From IMG/VR virus record IMGVR_UViG_3300017642_000077: a stretch of DNA of 64,000 nucleotides. One strand, 5' to 3'. Positions within the stretch are counted from its first letter, which is position 1; each line of letters starts with the position of its first letter. Shown one piece after another: positions 28,400 through 36,308 of the stretch. The notes under the pieces were generated by a model. The model was given only the letters and a program-made list of their open reading frames with translations, had not been told where the DNA came from and ran no database searches. The stretch is from an uncultured virus (IMG/VR IMGVR_UViG_3300017642_000077) (taxonomy: Duplodnaviria; Heunggongvirae; Uroviricota; Caudoviricetes). The translations under genes were made by a program, and so were the position numbers.

Positions 28400-29332
28400 A
28401 TGAAAAAATTTTTTACGCTTATGATACAGACAAGCTTATTCTGTATAGTGCTATTGCTTGTTATCCCCTTTTTCTCTTATGTTGACGCAGGCGAAAATAA
28501 AAATACTGGCAGAGAAGAATATTTTAAAAATAAAAAATGCTGTATAAATATTGACGATATATCAAAAACTATCAGCGCATTATCAACAGCTGGGGTCTTG
28601 CCGGGCAAAGGAGAGTTTGAGACCTCTGCTATGTATAATGAGAAGGTAAAATTTTTTAAAGAAAAAGAGCATGAAATTATAAATAAATATTACTTATTCA
28701 AAATAGTTCAAGACGCTATGTGGTCAAAATACAATGCTGACAACAATAATCTTGAGTTTGGCATAAAGGACTCGGCCAATTGCAGCCCGTCAATGCATAA
28801 CCAACAAAATGAAAATATAGTTTTTGTGATTGATATAGAAAAAGAAAAATCAGACCGTGAATATGTTGGAGAAAATTCATTTGGGGTTAAGCGTACGGTT
28901 ACAGAGCACACCCGGTCTACTAAATCAATTTATTTGTCAAATTTTAGTTTGCTGCGCAAATCCGTCCGTATTGGAGAGTTTGGTCATGTTTATTTAAATA
29001 TTTTTTCTAAAACCTATAACGCTGAAGATGCTAAAGACATCAAAAAACGAATAGAAATGTTTGTGCTTGTGAGGCCAGACAATATAGAGCGGGGAGATAT
29101 GGTTTGTCCTGTCTCTGTGTATGGGAAGAAAAAGCAGTGTTATATATGGGAGTATTCTTATTCCACTAAACCAACAATTGACCTACCAATTGCAGATACG
29201 GGGCGTTATTATCAACTCAACGCGAGCCTTGCGGCTGTCGTGTCTGTAGACCGCGAAACTAATGAAATAATAAATTGTACGTTTTACGACAAGCATCAAC
29301 CTAGTATCAGTAGACATTTTTTAACAAACTGA
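28400..29332 (+). CDS. Exported/membrane-anchored hypothetical protein (AT-rich)
   Basis: MKK plus hydrophobic signal, KGEFETSAMYNEK (EFET motif), SD GGAGG. Confidence 0.65.
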   Translation: MKKFFTLMIQTSLFCIVLLLVIPFFSYVDAGENKNTGREEYFKNKKCCINIDDISKTISALSTAGVLPGKGEFETSAMYNEKVKFFKEKEHEIINKYYLFKIVQDAMWSKYNADNNNLEFGIKDSANCSPSMHNQQNENIVFVIDIEKEKSDREYVGENSFGVKRTVTEHTRSTKSIYLSNFSLLRKSVRIGEFGHVYLNIFSKTYNAEDAKDIKKRIEMFVLVRPDNIERGDMVCPVSVYGKKKQCYIWEYSYSTKPTIDLPIADTGRYYQLNASLAAVVSVDRETNEIINCTFYDKHQPSISRHFLTN

Positions 29333-29348
29333 CTTAAAGGAATGGGAT

Positions 29349-30146
29349 ATGCAAGACCCTGATTACCAAGCGGTAGCTATGGCAATACGTGATGCGATCA
29401 ATGACTCTCCGAAAAAATCTCGTCGCATCCTTCTGAAGACGCTTCTCAAGATGTACGGCTTCAAGACCAGACAAAAGCATTGGCTTGAGGCTATTCAACA
29501 GAGCCTTGACGGCGCTGGTATTATTAGCGCTCCCTCCGTTTCCGAGGCGGATCGTGACGATTGGGTGGTCCTTTCTGTCACGACTCCGCACATCCCCGTG
29601 GACGACTTCACGGCCGTCCCAGAAGGAGAAGATGGGGAGCAGGCCCCAACAGGTGACGACCCGTGGATTTCCACCATCGCATCCAAGACTTTCCGCAGCG
29701 AGAGGGAGGTTGAAATACGTTTTGTCCTTCCGCTCTTGGAGCGCCTCGGGTACGACGAAGACGACCGGTCAGATGGATACCCGGTCGAACAAATTGTCGG
29801 TGTCAGAAAATCTAAAACAGAAGCAGATTTTGTTTTATTTGACGGACTTAACCGGACAAAGAGCAACGCATTGCTGGTCGTTGAAGCAAAAAACGTGGGG
29901 AAAACCCTCGTTGATCACATCGGACAAGCGAAAAGCTACGCCATGTTCTTGGGAACTCCATATTTTATGGTAACAAATGGAGACGATATTAGAGTTTTTC
30001 TTTACAGAAGTCCCATTGAGTCTGACGTTGAAGTGTTCAAATCGAACAGAAATGATTTAGTTTCCACATTCAAGGCCCTTTACAATATCGTCAGCAAGAG
30101 AGCTGTCGTCGAATACAAAAAGAAGAAAGCTGCGATGTTAGGATGA
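29349..30146 (+). CDS. Stand-alone HsdR-N-type (PD-(D/E)xK) endonuclease domain protein
   Basis: SE.EVE.RFV.PLL..LGY, ADFVLF, VVEAK, QAKSYA, VTNG. No helicase domain. Confidence 0.8.
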   Translation: MQDPDYQAVAMAIRDAINDSPKKSRRILLKTLLKMYGFKTRQKHWLEAIQQSLDGAGIISAPSVSEADRDDWVVLSVTTPHIPVDDFTAVPEGEDGEQAPTGDDPWISTIASKTFRSEREVEIRFVLPLLERLGYDEDDRSDGYPVEQIVGVRKSKTEADFVLFDGLNRTKSNALLVVEAKNVGKTLVDHIGQAKSYAMFLGTPYFMVTNGDDIRVFLYRSPIESDVEVFKSNRNDLVSTFKALYNIVSKRAVVEYKKKKAAMLG

Positions 30147-30261
30147 TGCGGCGTTGTGATGCTCCACGCCGGCAAGTAAGCAATTTCCGTGGCCATGGCT
30201 AGCAGCCAGGTTTTTTCTAGCCCCCTGAGTTATCATGGGGCCTTTTTTTCTTGACTCTACT

Positions 30262-30627
30262 TTATATCACTTCGGTCTCTTTAGACCTGTCTCTATAAAT
30301 AAATTTTTTCCCGCATTTTGGGCACTCGCTAGGCATGTATGTAATGTCAATTCCGCATTCTGGACAAAATATTTTATGTGGAGCCATGGGCAATTCGCGA
30401 CCACAGTGCTTACAAACAATAGCCTCTTGCTTCACATATTCCGCACAAGATGGGCATCTTTTATGCCGAACTGGCGCATGCCATGTCGGCATAAAGCCCA
30501 CAATAAAAATAGCAAGCGGCCCTAAAAGCATCCCGAGGAACAGCCAATCGAACCAGCTTCTATTTTTGGCGTTGGCAATGACTGAAGCGCCTATGCCACA
30601 GCATATCCAGGCGAAGATAAAGGCCAT
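30262..30627 (-). CDS. Membrane protein with double zinc ribbon
   Basis: Two TM segments (IANAKNRS...LGMLLGPL), then CPSCAE..K.EAIVCKHCG and CPECG...CPKCG. Confidence 0.75.
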   Translation of the reverse strand: MAFIFAWICCGIGASVIANAKNRSWFDWLFLGMLLGPLAIFIVGFMPTWHAPVRHKRCPSCAEYVKQEAIVCKHCGRELPMAPHKIFCPECGIDITYMPSECPKCGKKFIYRDRSKETEVI

Positions 30628-30731
30628 CTTTTCGTTCTCCCTTTCTCCAAACCGATACCGCCCGCCACATGGGCAGGGCAAGCCTGCGGGCGGTGTTTTT
30701 CTTGAAATGGGGATATTTTTTACGAGACGGA

Positions 30732-30760
30732 TTGACAAACATGACTAACATGTTTAACTC
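30732..30760 (+). promoter_or_regulatory. Sigma70-type promoter overlapped by inverted repeat AAACATG-N5-CATGTTT
   Basis: TTGACA at 30732, palindrome at 30737-30755, AGGAG SD before 30781. Confidence 0.6.
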
Positions 30761-30780
30761 TTGAATTAGGAGACGGGCAC

Positions 30781-30930
30781 ATGGAAACAACCAATATCGG
30801 GATCAGAAATTTTCCGGTCGAACTTCGCAAGCAGGCGAAGATAGCGGCCCTGAAGGAGGGAATAACGCTGCAGGAGTGGTTTATCGAAGCTGTCAAGGAG
30901 AAATTGGAGCGTTCCAAAGAAACCCAGTAA
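30781..30930 (+). CDS. Arc/Mnt-like ribbon-helix-helix repressor (49 aa, not in the ORF track)
   Basis: METTNIGIRNFPVELRKQAKIAALKEGITLQEWFIEAVKEKLERSKETQ. Confidence 0.75.
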   Translation: METTNIGIRNFPVELRKQAKIAALKEGITLQEWFIEAVKEKLERSKETQ

Positions 30931-31005
30931 CAAAAGCGGCCCCGGCCGGGTGTACCACCACCCAACCAGGGCCTAGCCCCAGCACACCTTACCAGGAGGT
31001 GCACC

Positions 31006-31983
31006 ATGGCTCAGGCTATTTTATCCGAACCCGTTTCGTCGGGCAACGGTCTTCCGGGCGCAATGCCCATCCTGTCCCTCGTCAACGGGCATCCCAGGGC
31101 TTCTTCCCTCGCCGTGGCCGAGCATTTCAAGAAGCGACATGACAACGTGATGAGGGCGATAACCCAAACCTGCCATCATCTCCCAAGCAATTTCTGTGCC
31201 CTCAATTTTGAGGAGACATCCTCGGCAGTCCCTGGGCCGAAGGGCGGCACTCGCCAAGAGCGCGCCTACCTCATGACCCGCGATGGCTTCACGCTGATCG
31301 TGATGGGCTTCACCGGCAAAGAGGCGATGGCCTGGAAGCTGCGGTACATCGAGGCCTTCAACGCCATGGAAGCCGAGCTTGCCCGGAAGTTCCCGACCGC
31401 AGGAACCCTTACCGCCTCCCAGCAGCAGGAAATCAAGGAGTTGGTCCAGGCCAAGGCGTCGGCTTACCCGGACGCGGTGAAGCGCAAGGTGTTCTCGCAA
31501 ATCTGGATGCGCCTACAGCGCAAGTTCAAGGTGCCGCGCTACGAGGAATTACCCGTCGCCCTGTTCGGCGAGGCCCGGGACTACGTGATCGCCATGCAGA
31601 TTCGGAGCGTGGCGGCGCCGGCCCTGGAAGGAGCCGAACCCGCCAAGTCTCTCCCACCTGTCCGCCGCCGTAACACGCTCGACGACTACAAGGCCATGTA
31701 CCGCGAGCTTCCCGACTCGCCGCAACACTGGCTGCGCCTGATCACTGAGACGTTTAACGCGACGGAAGCGTTTGGCAAAAAGCTGGATGCAATCAAGGCC
31801 GAGGCGACGAAGCCCTTCCGGTCCGGCCGGACCTCCGACGTGTCCAGCTACTTCGATGCGTCCATGTCGCCTGTCTTCGACCTGTTCTCCGTCGCCGACG
31901 AGCAGCTCAGGCTGACCTACCGCTGCGTTTATAACGCGCTGGAAGGATGTCGGAATACCTGGATGTTGCTCAATAAGGGGTAG
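31006..31983 (+). CDS. Rha-family / ORF6C antirepressor-like protein
   Basis: SSLAVAEHF.KRHDNV.R.I, Y.MTRDGFTL.VMGFTG.EA..WKL.YIEAFN.ME, then an ORF6C-like L...FKVPRY.EL. Confidence 0.88.
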   Translation: MAQAILSEPVSSGNGLPGAMPILSLVNGHPRASSLAVAEHFKKRHDNVMRAITQTCHHLPSNFCALNFEETSSAVPGPKGGTRQERAYLMTRDGFTLIVMGFTGKEAMAWKLRYIEAFNAMEAELARKFPTAGTLTASQQQEIKELVQAKASAYPDAVKRKVFSQIWMRLQRKFKVPRYEELPVALFGEARDYVIAMQIRSVAAPALEGAEPAKSLPPVRRRNTLDDYKAMYRELPDSPQHWLRLITETFNATEAFGKKLDAIKAEATKPFRSGRTSDVSSYFDASMSPVFDLFSVADEQLRLTYRCVYNALEGCRNTWMLLNKG

Positions 31984-32117
31984 GGCCATGAGCGATCCCA
32001 AGCGCATTGACGCGGACGTGGCCCTGGCCCTTGCGATTTTAGAACTCAACAAAGCGTTCGCCCGTGAACGGGATGGGAAACGACAAGGGCCGGCGCCCGA
32101 ACCGGTGAAGGCGTAAA

Positions 32118-32146
32118 AGAAAGGGGCCGCTCGAAAGGGCGGCTCC
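32118..32146. terminator. Terminator between the convergent packaging operon and accessory island
   Basis: GGGGCCGCTC-GAAA-GGGCGGCTCC stem with an A-tract on the left. Confidence 0.6.
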
Positions 32147-32152
32147 TATCAT

Positions 32153-32398
32153 TCAACCCCCGCAAACCTCCCGCCACACCGGGTCCATCTGGATCGATTT
32201 GAATCGCAACCCGCATGCCGGGCACCGATGATATCTCTCTCGGATGTCGTCCTTCCAAGGCTCGCGATGGTAGGCCTTCACAGGCAATTCACCGCACCTC
32301 GGACACCGGGCGCCATACCGAGGCGAATACGATACGCCATAGGCTTCCTGGGTTTGTATCGCCTGGGCATTGGCCTGCGTCAATGATTCAATTTCCAT
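32153..32398 (-). CDS. Ogr/Delta-like zinc-finger protein
   Basis: CPRCG...RYHRCPACG.RFKS. Confidence 0.6.
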   Translation of the reverse strand: MEIESLTQANAQAIQTQEAYGVSYSPRYGARCPRCGELPVKAYHREPWKDDIRERYHRCPACGLRFKSIQMDPVWREVCGG

Positions 32399-34478
32399 GC
32401 ACACGCTTTAGTTCCTCCAGGGTCAACAGGTCCCCTTTGCTATCCACCAGATCGCCGAATTTTACCTTTCCAGACTTCAATAGTTCCAGCCGGCCAGGCC
32501 CCACAGCATTGAGTTTGAACGAATCGCTTTGTTTCTCGAACCAGCTCCCGTAGTCGCCCTGGTGAAAACCGTATTCCTCGATCTCACGCGCTCCGCCAAC
32601 CCCTATGGTTTTGTCAGGGCGCATGGTGTAGGGCCGGGCAGCGTCCTGCAGTTCGTCAAGCGGTATGCCGAGGTCGCGCCAGGAAATCGTCTCTGGTGTT
32701 GTCACGCAGCGACAATTACTGGACAGAAGCCCGCCTACATAATAAAGTGATGATGCAGTTTGGAGGTCATAAACATGCCCAGTAAAGTATCTGACTCTTG
32801 TGAAAGAGACGTATGCAGACGTTATACTTCCGGAGAATCTTCTGGAGAAATTGCGAAGGACCACGGAGTTTCTATTTCCTGCATCGCGTCCATTCTCAAA
32901 AGGAACGGTATTCGTCCCGATGGAAGGAAGCCAAAGACAATTCCCAAACGAAGGTTGAACATCCCTCTTGAAGAGGTGACTTCCTTGTATTTGTCCGGGA
33001 TCTCTGAAAACGAAATTGCTAAGCGCTTTGGCGTTAGCCGGGCCGCAATTCGCCCCCGCCTCTTGTCCGCCGGTGTACCCATTCGCGACAGCGCCCAAGC
33101 TAACCGCCTGATGATGGCTGGCCGAAGCTCCGAGGAAAACTTCCGCAACACTCAGGCCGCGCATGAAGCCGCCCGAGGCAAACCTCAACCAGAAGAGTGG
33201 GCCCAAAAAGTTGCTCTCGGCCGGGAGCGGAACAAGAGGCACATCGGGCCGCAGGAGGTCGAGCTTGCGGCCATACTTACGAGCAAAGGCTTCACGGTCA
33301 CCCCTCAAAAGGCTGTCGGGCGCTATAATATCGATATAGCCATTAGCGAATTCCCCATCGCCGTGGAGGTGTTCGGTGGCATGTGGCACGCGTATGGTCC
33401 CCATGCCCGGCGTTTTCGCAAACGCTTCGACTACCTTTTGGATTGCGGATGGATTCCTGTCATCGTGTGGATCAGCAAAGATTTTCCTTTGGGCCTCGGG
33501 GCTGTCAAATATATCTGTTCCCTCGCGGAGCGCCTGCGCAGCGGTAAATCCGTCCCTCGTCAGGAACAGGTGATTCGGGGTGACGGCAAACCGACGTCCA
33601 TCGGAAAGGCCAATATCGACTACCGGGCCGCTGTAGGGGGCGACAAAAGCGGCGATTTTGTTCGGGGCAAAGACGGGCGTTTCACCCGTGAGGCAGCGAG
33701 GGTGTAGCGGACAATTCGGCCGACTCGTATCGTCCAAGGCCCACGTCCGACCATCGAGCGCCGAACAGCGGAGGCATGTTCCGTGCCCTGTATTTTTATA
33801 CCCAGGCTCCAACGTCGCCCGCCATTTTACGCGCTTCACCACGTCAGCATTCTGTTTATAGACTGCTTCCATGGCCGCAACATTGGCCGACTGCACATAG
33901 GTTCTGGCCAGTGTAGTTGCTTGTTCCTTGCTGAGCATGTCGAACCCCTGGGAGAGGCGCTTGACCAACTTCGGATAGCCTTCGCCCTGAAGCATGCCGA
34001 CGTTCAGCTCTTCTTTGATTCCGTCCTTGACGGTGGTGTCGAAGGCGGCATCGACCCACGCCGAAAGCGTCTTTCCACCCAGGGGCGTGTCCACGAACAT
34101 CTGGCGAATCTGCTCGGCCGAGAGGGATACGAAGCTCACATTTACGGCCGCTCCGCCCACACTCAGGATGTCCGAGTGCTCGGCGAGGGAATGTTGGCCG
34201 GCGAACCCGGCCGCCTCGCCAATCTGGTCGGCCAGGGTCAGGCGAACGCCCTGGGTCAACTCATCGAGGGCATAAAGCACCTCTTCTGCCCGGGAGGCCG
34301 ACCAATCCGTGCGGAGAAGCTGCGCCTCGAACTTGAGTTGGATTTCTCGCCGGGCCGTTGCCAAGGATCCCTGTATGCGCTTGAGGACCTCGTTGTCGTA
34401 GGCGTCGAGCTTGTAGCGCCAGGCAATTTGACGACCCAACCAATAGATGTTCAGGAGGTCTTGCGGTGCGGTTCCCAT
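32388..34478 (-). CDS. Head morphogenesis / minor capsid protein (Mu gpF/SPP1 gp7 family) containing an intein
   Basis: ARTYVQSAN, W.ATL, C..C..LDG and PLHPR-[intein]-CRC, located after the portal. Confidence 0.88.
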   Translation of the reverse strand: MGTAPQDLLNIYWLGRQIAWRYKLDAYDNEVLKRIQGSLATARREIQLKFEAQLLRTDWSASRAEEVLYALDELTQGVRLTLADQIGEAAGFAGQHSLAEHSDILSVGGAAVNVSFVSLSAEQIRQMFVDTPLGGKTLSAWVDAAFDTTVKDGIKEELNVGMLQGEGYPKLVKRLSQGFDMLSKEQATTLARTYVQSANVAAMEAVYKQNADVVKRVKWRATLEPGYKNTGHGTCLRCSALDGRTWALDDTSRPNCPLHPRCLTGETPVFAPNKIAAFVAPYSGPVVDIGLSDGRRFAVTPNHLFLTRDGFTAAQALREGTDIFDSPEAQRKIFADPHDDRNPSAIQKVVEAFAKTPGMGTIRVPHATEHLHGDGEFANGYIDIIAPDSLLRGDREAFARKYGRKLDLLRPDVPLVPLPAESNFLGPLFWLRFASGGFMRGLSVAEVFLGASASHHQAVSLGAVANGYTGGQEAGANCGPANAKALSNFVFRDPGQIQGSHLFKRDVQPSFGNCLWLPSIGTNTVPFENGRDAGNRNSVVLRNFSRRFSGSITSAYVSFTRVRYFTGHVYDLQTASSLYYVGGLLSSNCRCVTTPETISWRDLGIPLDELQDAARPYTMRPDKTIGVGGAREIEEYGFHQGDYGSWFEKQSDSFKLNAVGPGRLELLKSGKVKFGDLVDSKGDLLTLEELKRVHGN
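32715..33695 (-). mobile_element. Intein (327 aa) in the head-morphogenesis protein
   Basis: Block A CLTGETPV, block B VTPNHLFLT, block F GHVYDLQT, block G LLSSN/C. Splicing restores HPRCRC. Confidence 0.88.
32775..33707 (+). CDS. HTH + Vsr/DUF559-like endonuclease encoded antisense within the intein (putative homing endonuclease)
   Basis: GGAGG SD at 32762, ATG at 32775, two HTH repeats (YTSGES..EIAKDHGVS, YLSGISENEIAKRFGVS), E......L..KG......Q..VGRY.IDIA......AVEV.GG.WH....R..YL...GW..V.VW. Confidence 0.8.
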   Translation: MPSKVSDSCERDVCRRYTSGESSGEIAKDHGVSISCIASILKRNGIRPDGRKPKTIPKRRLNIPLEEVTSLYLSGISENEIAKRFGVSRAAIRPRLLSAGVPIRDSAQANRLMMAGRSSEENFRNTQAAHEAARGKPQPEEWAQKVALGRERNKRHIGPQEVELAAILTSKGFTVTPQKAVGRYNIDIAISEFPIAVEVFGGMWHAYGPHARRFRKRFDYLLDCGWIPVIVWISKDFPLGLGAVKYICSLAERLRSGKSVPRQEQVIRGDGKPTSIGKANIDYRAAVGGDKSGDFVRGKDGRFTREAARV

Positions 34479-34753
34479 TCGGCTACACCCCCGCCATGGA
34501 GAAAAAACCGAGATGCCCGTTTACACCCGAGGAACTCGAAGACAGTGACGCGGGGATGCTTGCCCGATATCGCAAGCGCATCCGCGAACGCCATCCCGAG
34601 ACCATGGAAAACATCGCACGCGGGAAGGCCTTGTTTATGGCTACCGTCATTCCGCCCGACGTATGGGCAACCGATCCAAGCATAACGGGTAAACAGGTCG
34701 AGGGGCCAACCATGGCTACGCCGCCTGCCCCAGACCCTGACCTGCCGGAGTAG
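34466..34753 (+). CDS. Hypothetical protein antisense to the late operon, between portal and head-morphogenesis genes
   Basis: AGGAGG 7 nt before GTG 34466 (alternative ATG 34496), charged protein-like sequence. Confidence 0.4.
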   Translation: MRFPFGYTPAMEKKPRCPFTPEELEDSDAGMLARYRKRIRERHPETMENIARGKALFMATVIPPDVWATDPSITGKQVEGPTMATPPAPDPDLPE

Positions 34754-36305
34754 TCCCGCCGGCTGCAAGCATCCTGTCCGCCAGGCTGGCCGCATCCAAC
34801 GACGGGCCTGTCTGTTGGCGCGCATCGGCTTCAATCTTGGCCTCCTCTTCGGCATGGTCGAAATCATCCGCTAATACGCCCCTGCGTTGCAATTCCCGCC
34901 ACCACGTCCGCTTCGAAAGCCCCCCGTTTTTCCACGTGTCCTCCAAGACCGTCATCGCGGTGTCGTCCCCAATGATCGCCGGGCGGAATTCGGTATTGAT
35001 CTCTATGGATGGGGCCTTGATGCTACCACCCATGAACACCGTGGCGAACACGAAGGCCTGTTCCAAGGCATCTTTGAGTTCCATTGCCCACCCCTTGAGC
35101 GTGGAGTCGTTTTCCCCTGAATTGATCGCCTTTTCCGTAGCCGTCACATCACCTGTGCGCGGCATAAGAAGCTGCAATCCAAAAAGGGCCATTTGGCGTT
35201 GCAAGTCTTCAAGCTCTTCTCGGGACGCGGTAACAGAAGAAGGGTCAACGCCGAACGACTTGATATCACCACCAGTTGGGACCCTGGTCACAACACCAGG
35301 GCCAACAGGGATAGGTTGTTCCATGCCGTCAGGGCCAATAGTCGCGTCGGCGCCAATCAACGCCGTTCCTGGGGACCGGACCCACACCATCATCTGGTTG
35401 TGCTCGGCCTGCTTCTGCCAATGCTCGATGTTTTTTTGCGCAAGCGACTCCAGTGCCGGGCAGCACGTCACCTCTCCAAGCGGCTTCCCTGGGCGGAAGA
35501 ACACTCCCGGGATTTCATCTCCAGGAAGATTCCCCTCGTCAAAGAGGGACCACACATCTTTGTCGTTGTCAGCCCGACGCCACACCTCAAAACGACCGGG
35601 CCGCAACACCCGAACCTGTTCTCTGATTACATCTCCCGCGTCCCACTCTCCCATCTCTTTGTAGGTTTCCAGGAGACGCAGTAAGGTCAGTTTTTTTGTC
35701 CCGCCTCGCAACTCAAAACGCCACCCAAGCACGTTTTCGGCCCGGACATGGATAAACCTTGGCCGCAGCCCAATCGCCGCAGCGTTTCCGGCATGGAGCG
35801 GTTCCCATTGTTCTTGCCCGAACTCGTCCATCCCCGCCAAAAATTCTCGCCCGCCACCCTCGCCACGTCGGCTTTCGACATGCGGGGAATCGATCAGAAT
35901 CAACCCAAACCCGTCGTTGATGCTGGCATGGAAGAACCGTTTTGCCCAAACGGTCAGGTTGTTCCCCTCGCCGTCTGTGTTCTCAACAATCTCTGCAAAC
36001 GGCCCCAGGGCGGCATCTTGCTCTGTTGCGCCATCGCCTACCACGCGAAGGTCCTTGGCGAAGACCTGGCCACCCAGATAAGCAAGCGTGCGCTCATAGA
36101 CGTTGAGCAGCGTTGCACCTTTAACTCTGGCGGCCCATTTCTTTTCCGGTTCTCCGGGGAATTGCCGGAGATACCGTGACCCGGCGGCCCGCATAGCGTC
36201 CTGACCGCCCATAAGGTCTTTGACCATTTGGAGCTTTGGGCGGTAGGCCACGATGTCGGCGTTCGGCGTGGCGACGGTGATAAATTTGCTGTTGAGCACA
36301 GACAT
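34716..36305 (-). CDS. Portal protein (DUF4055-like)
   Basis: MGG..AMRAAG..YL.Q.P.E, D.EGNNL, LA..NI.HWQ, TATE, follows terL. Confidence 0.88.
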   Translation of the reverse strand: MSVLNSKFITVATPNADIVAYRPKLQMVKDLMGGQDAMRAAGSRYLRQFPGEPEKKWAARVKGATLLNVYERTLAYLGGQVFAKDLRVVGDGATEQDAALGPFAEIVENTDGEGNNLTVWAKRFFHASINDGFGLILIDSPHVESRRGEGGGREFLAGMDEFGQEQWEPLHAGNAAAIGLRPRFIHVRAENVLGWRFELRGGTKKLTLLRLLETYKEMGEWDAGDVIREQVRVLRPGRFEVWRRADNDKDVWSLFDEGNLPGDEIPGVFFRPGKPLGEVTCCPALESLAQKNIEHWQKQAEHNQMMVWVRSPGTALIGADATIGPDGMEQPIPVGPGVVTRVPTGGDIKSFGVDPSSVTASREELEDLQRQMALFGLQLLMPRTGDVTATEKAINSGENDSTLKGWAMELKDALEQAFVFATVFMGGSIKAPSIEINTEFRPAIIGDDTAMTVLEDTWKNGGLSKRTWWRELQRRGVLADDFDHAEEEAKIEADARQQTGPSLDAASLADRMLAAGGTTPAGQGLGQAA

Positions 36306-36308
36306 GGC

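Noticed and set aside
29349..30146. Type I restriction-modification system
   Set aside because: No hsdM or hsdS and no helicase motifs
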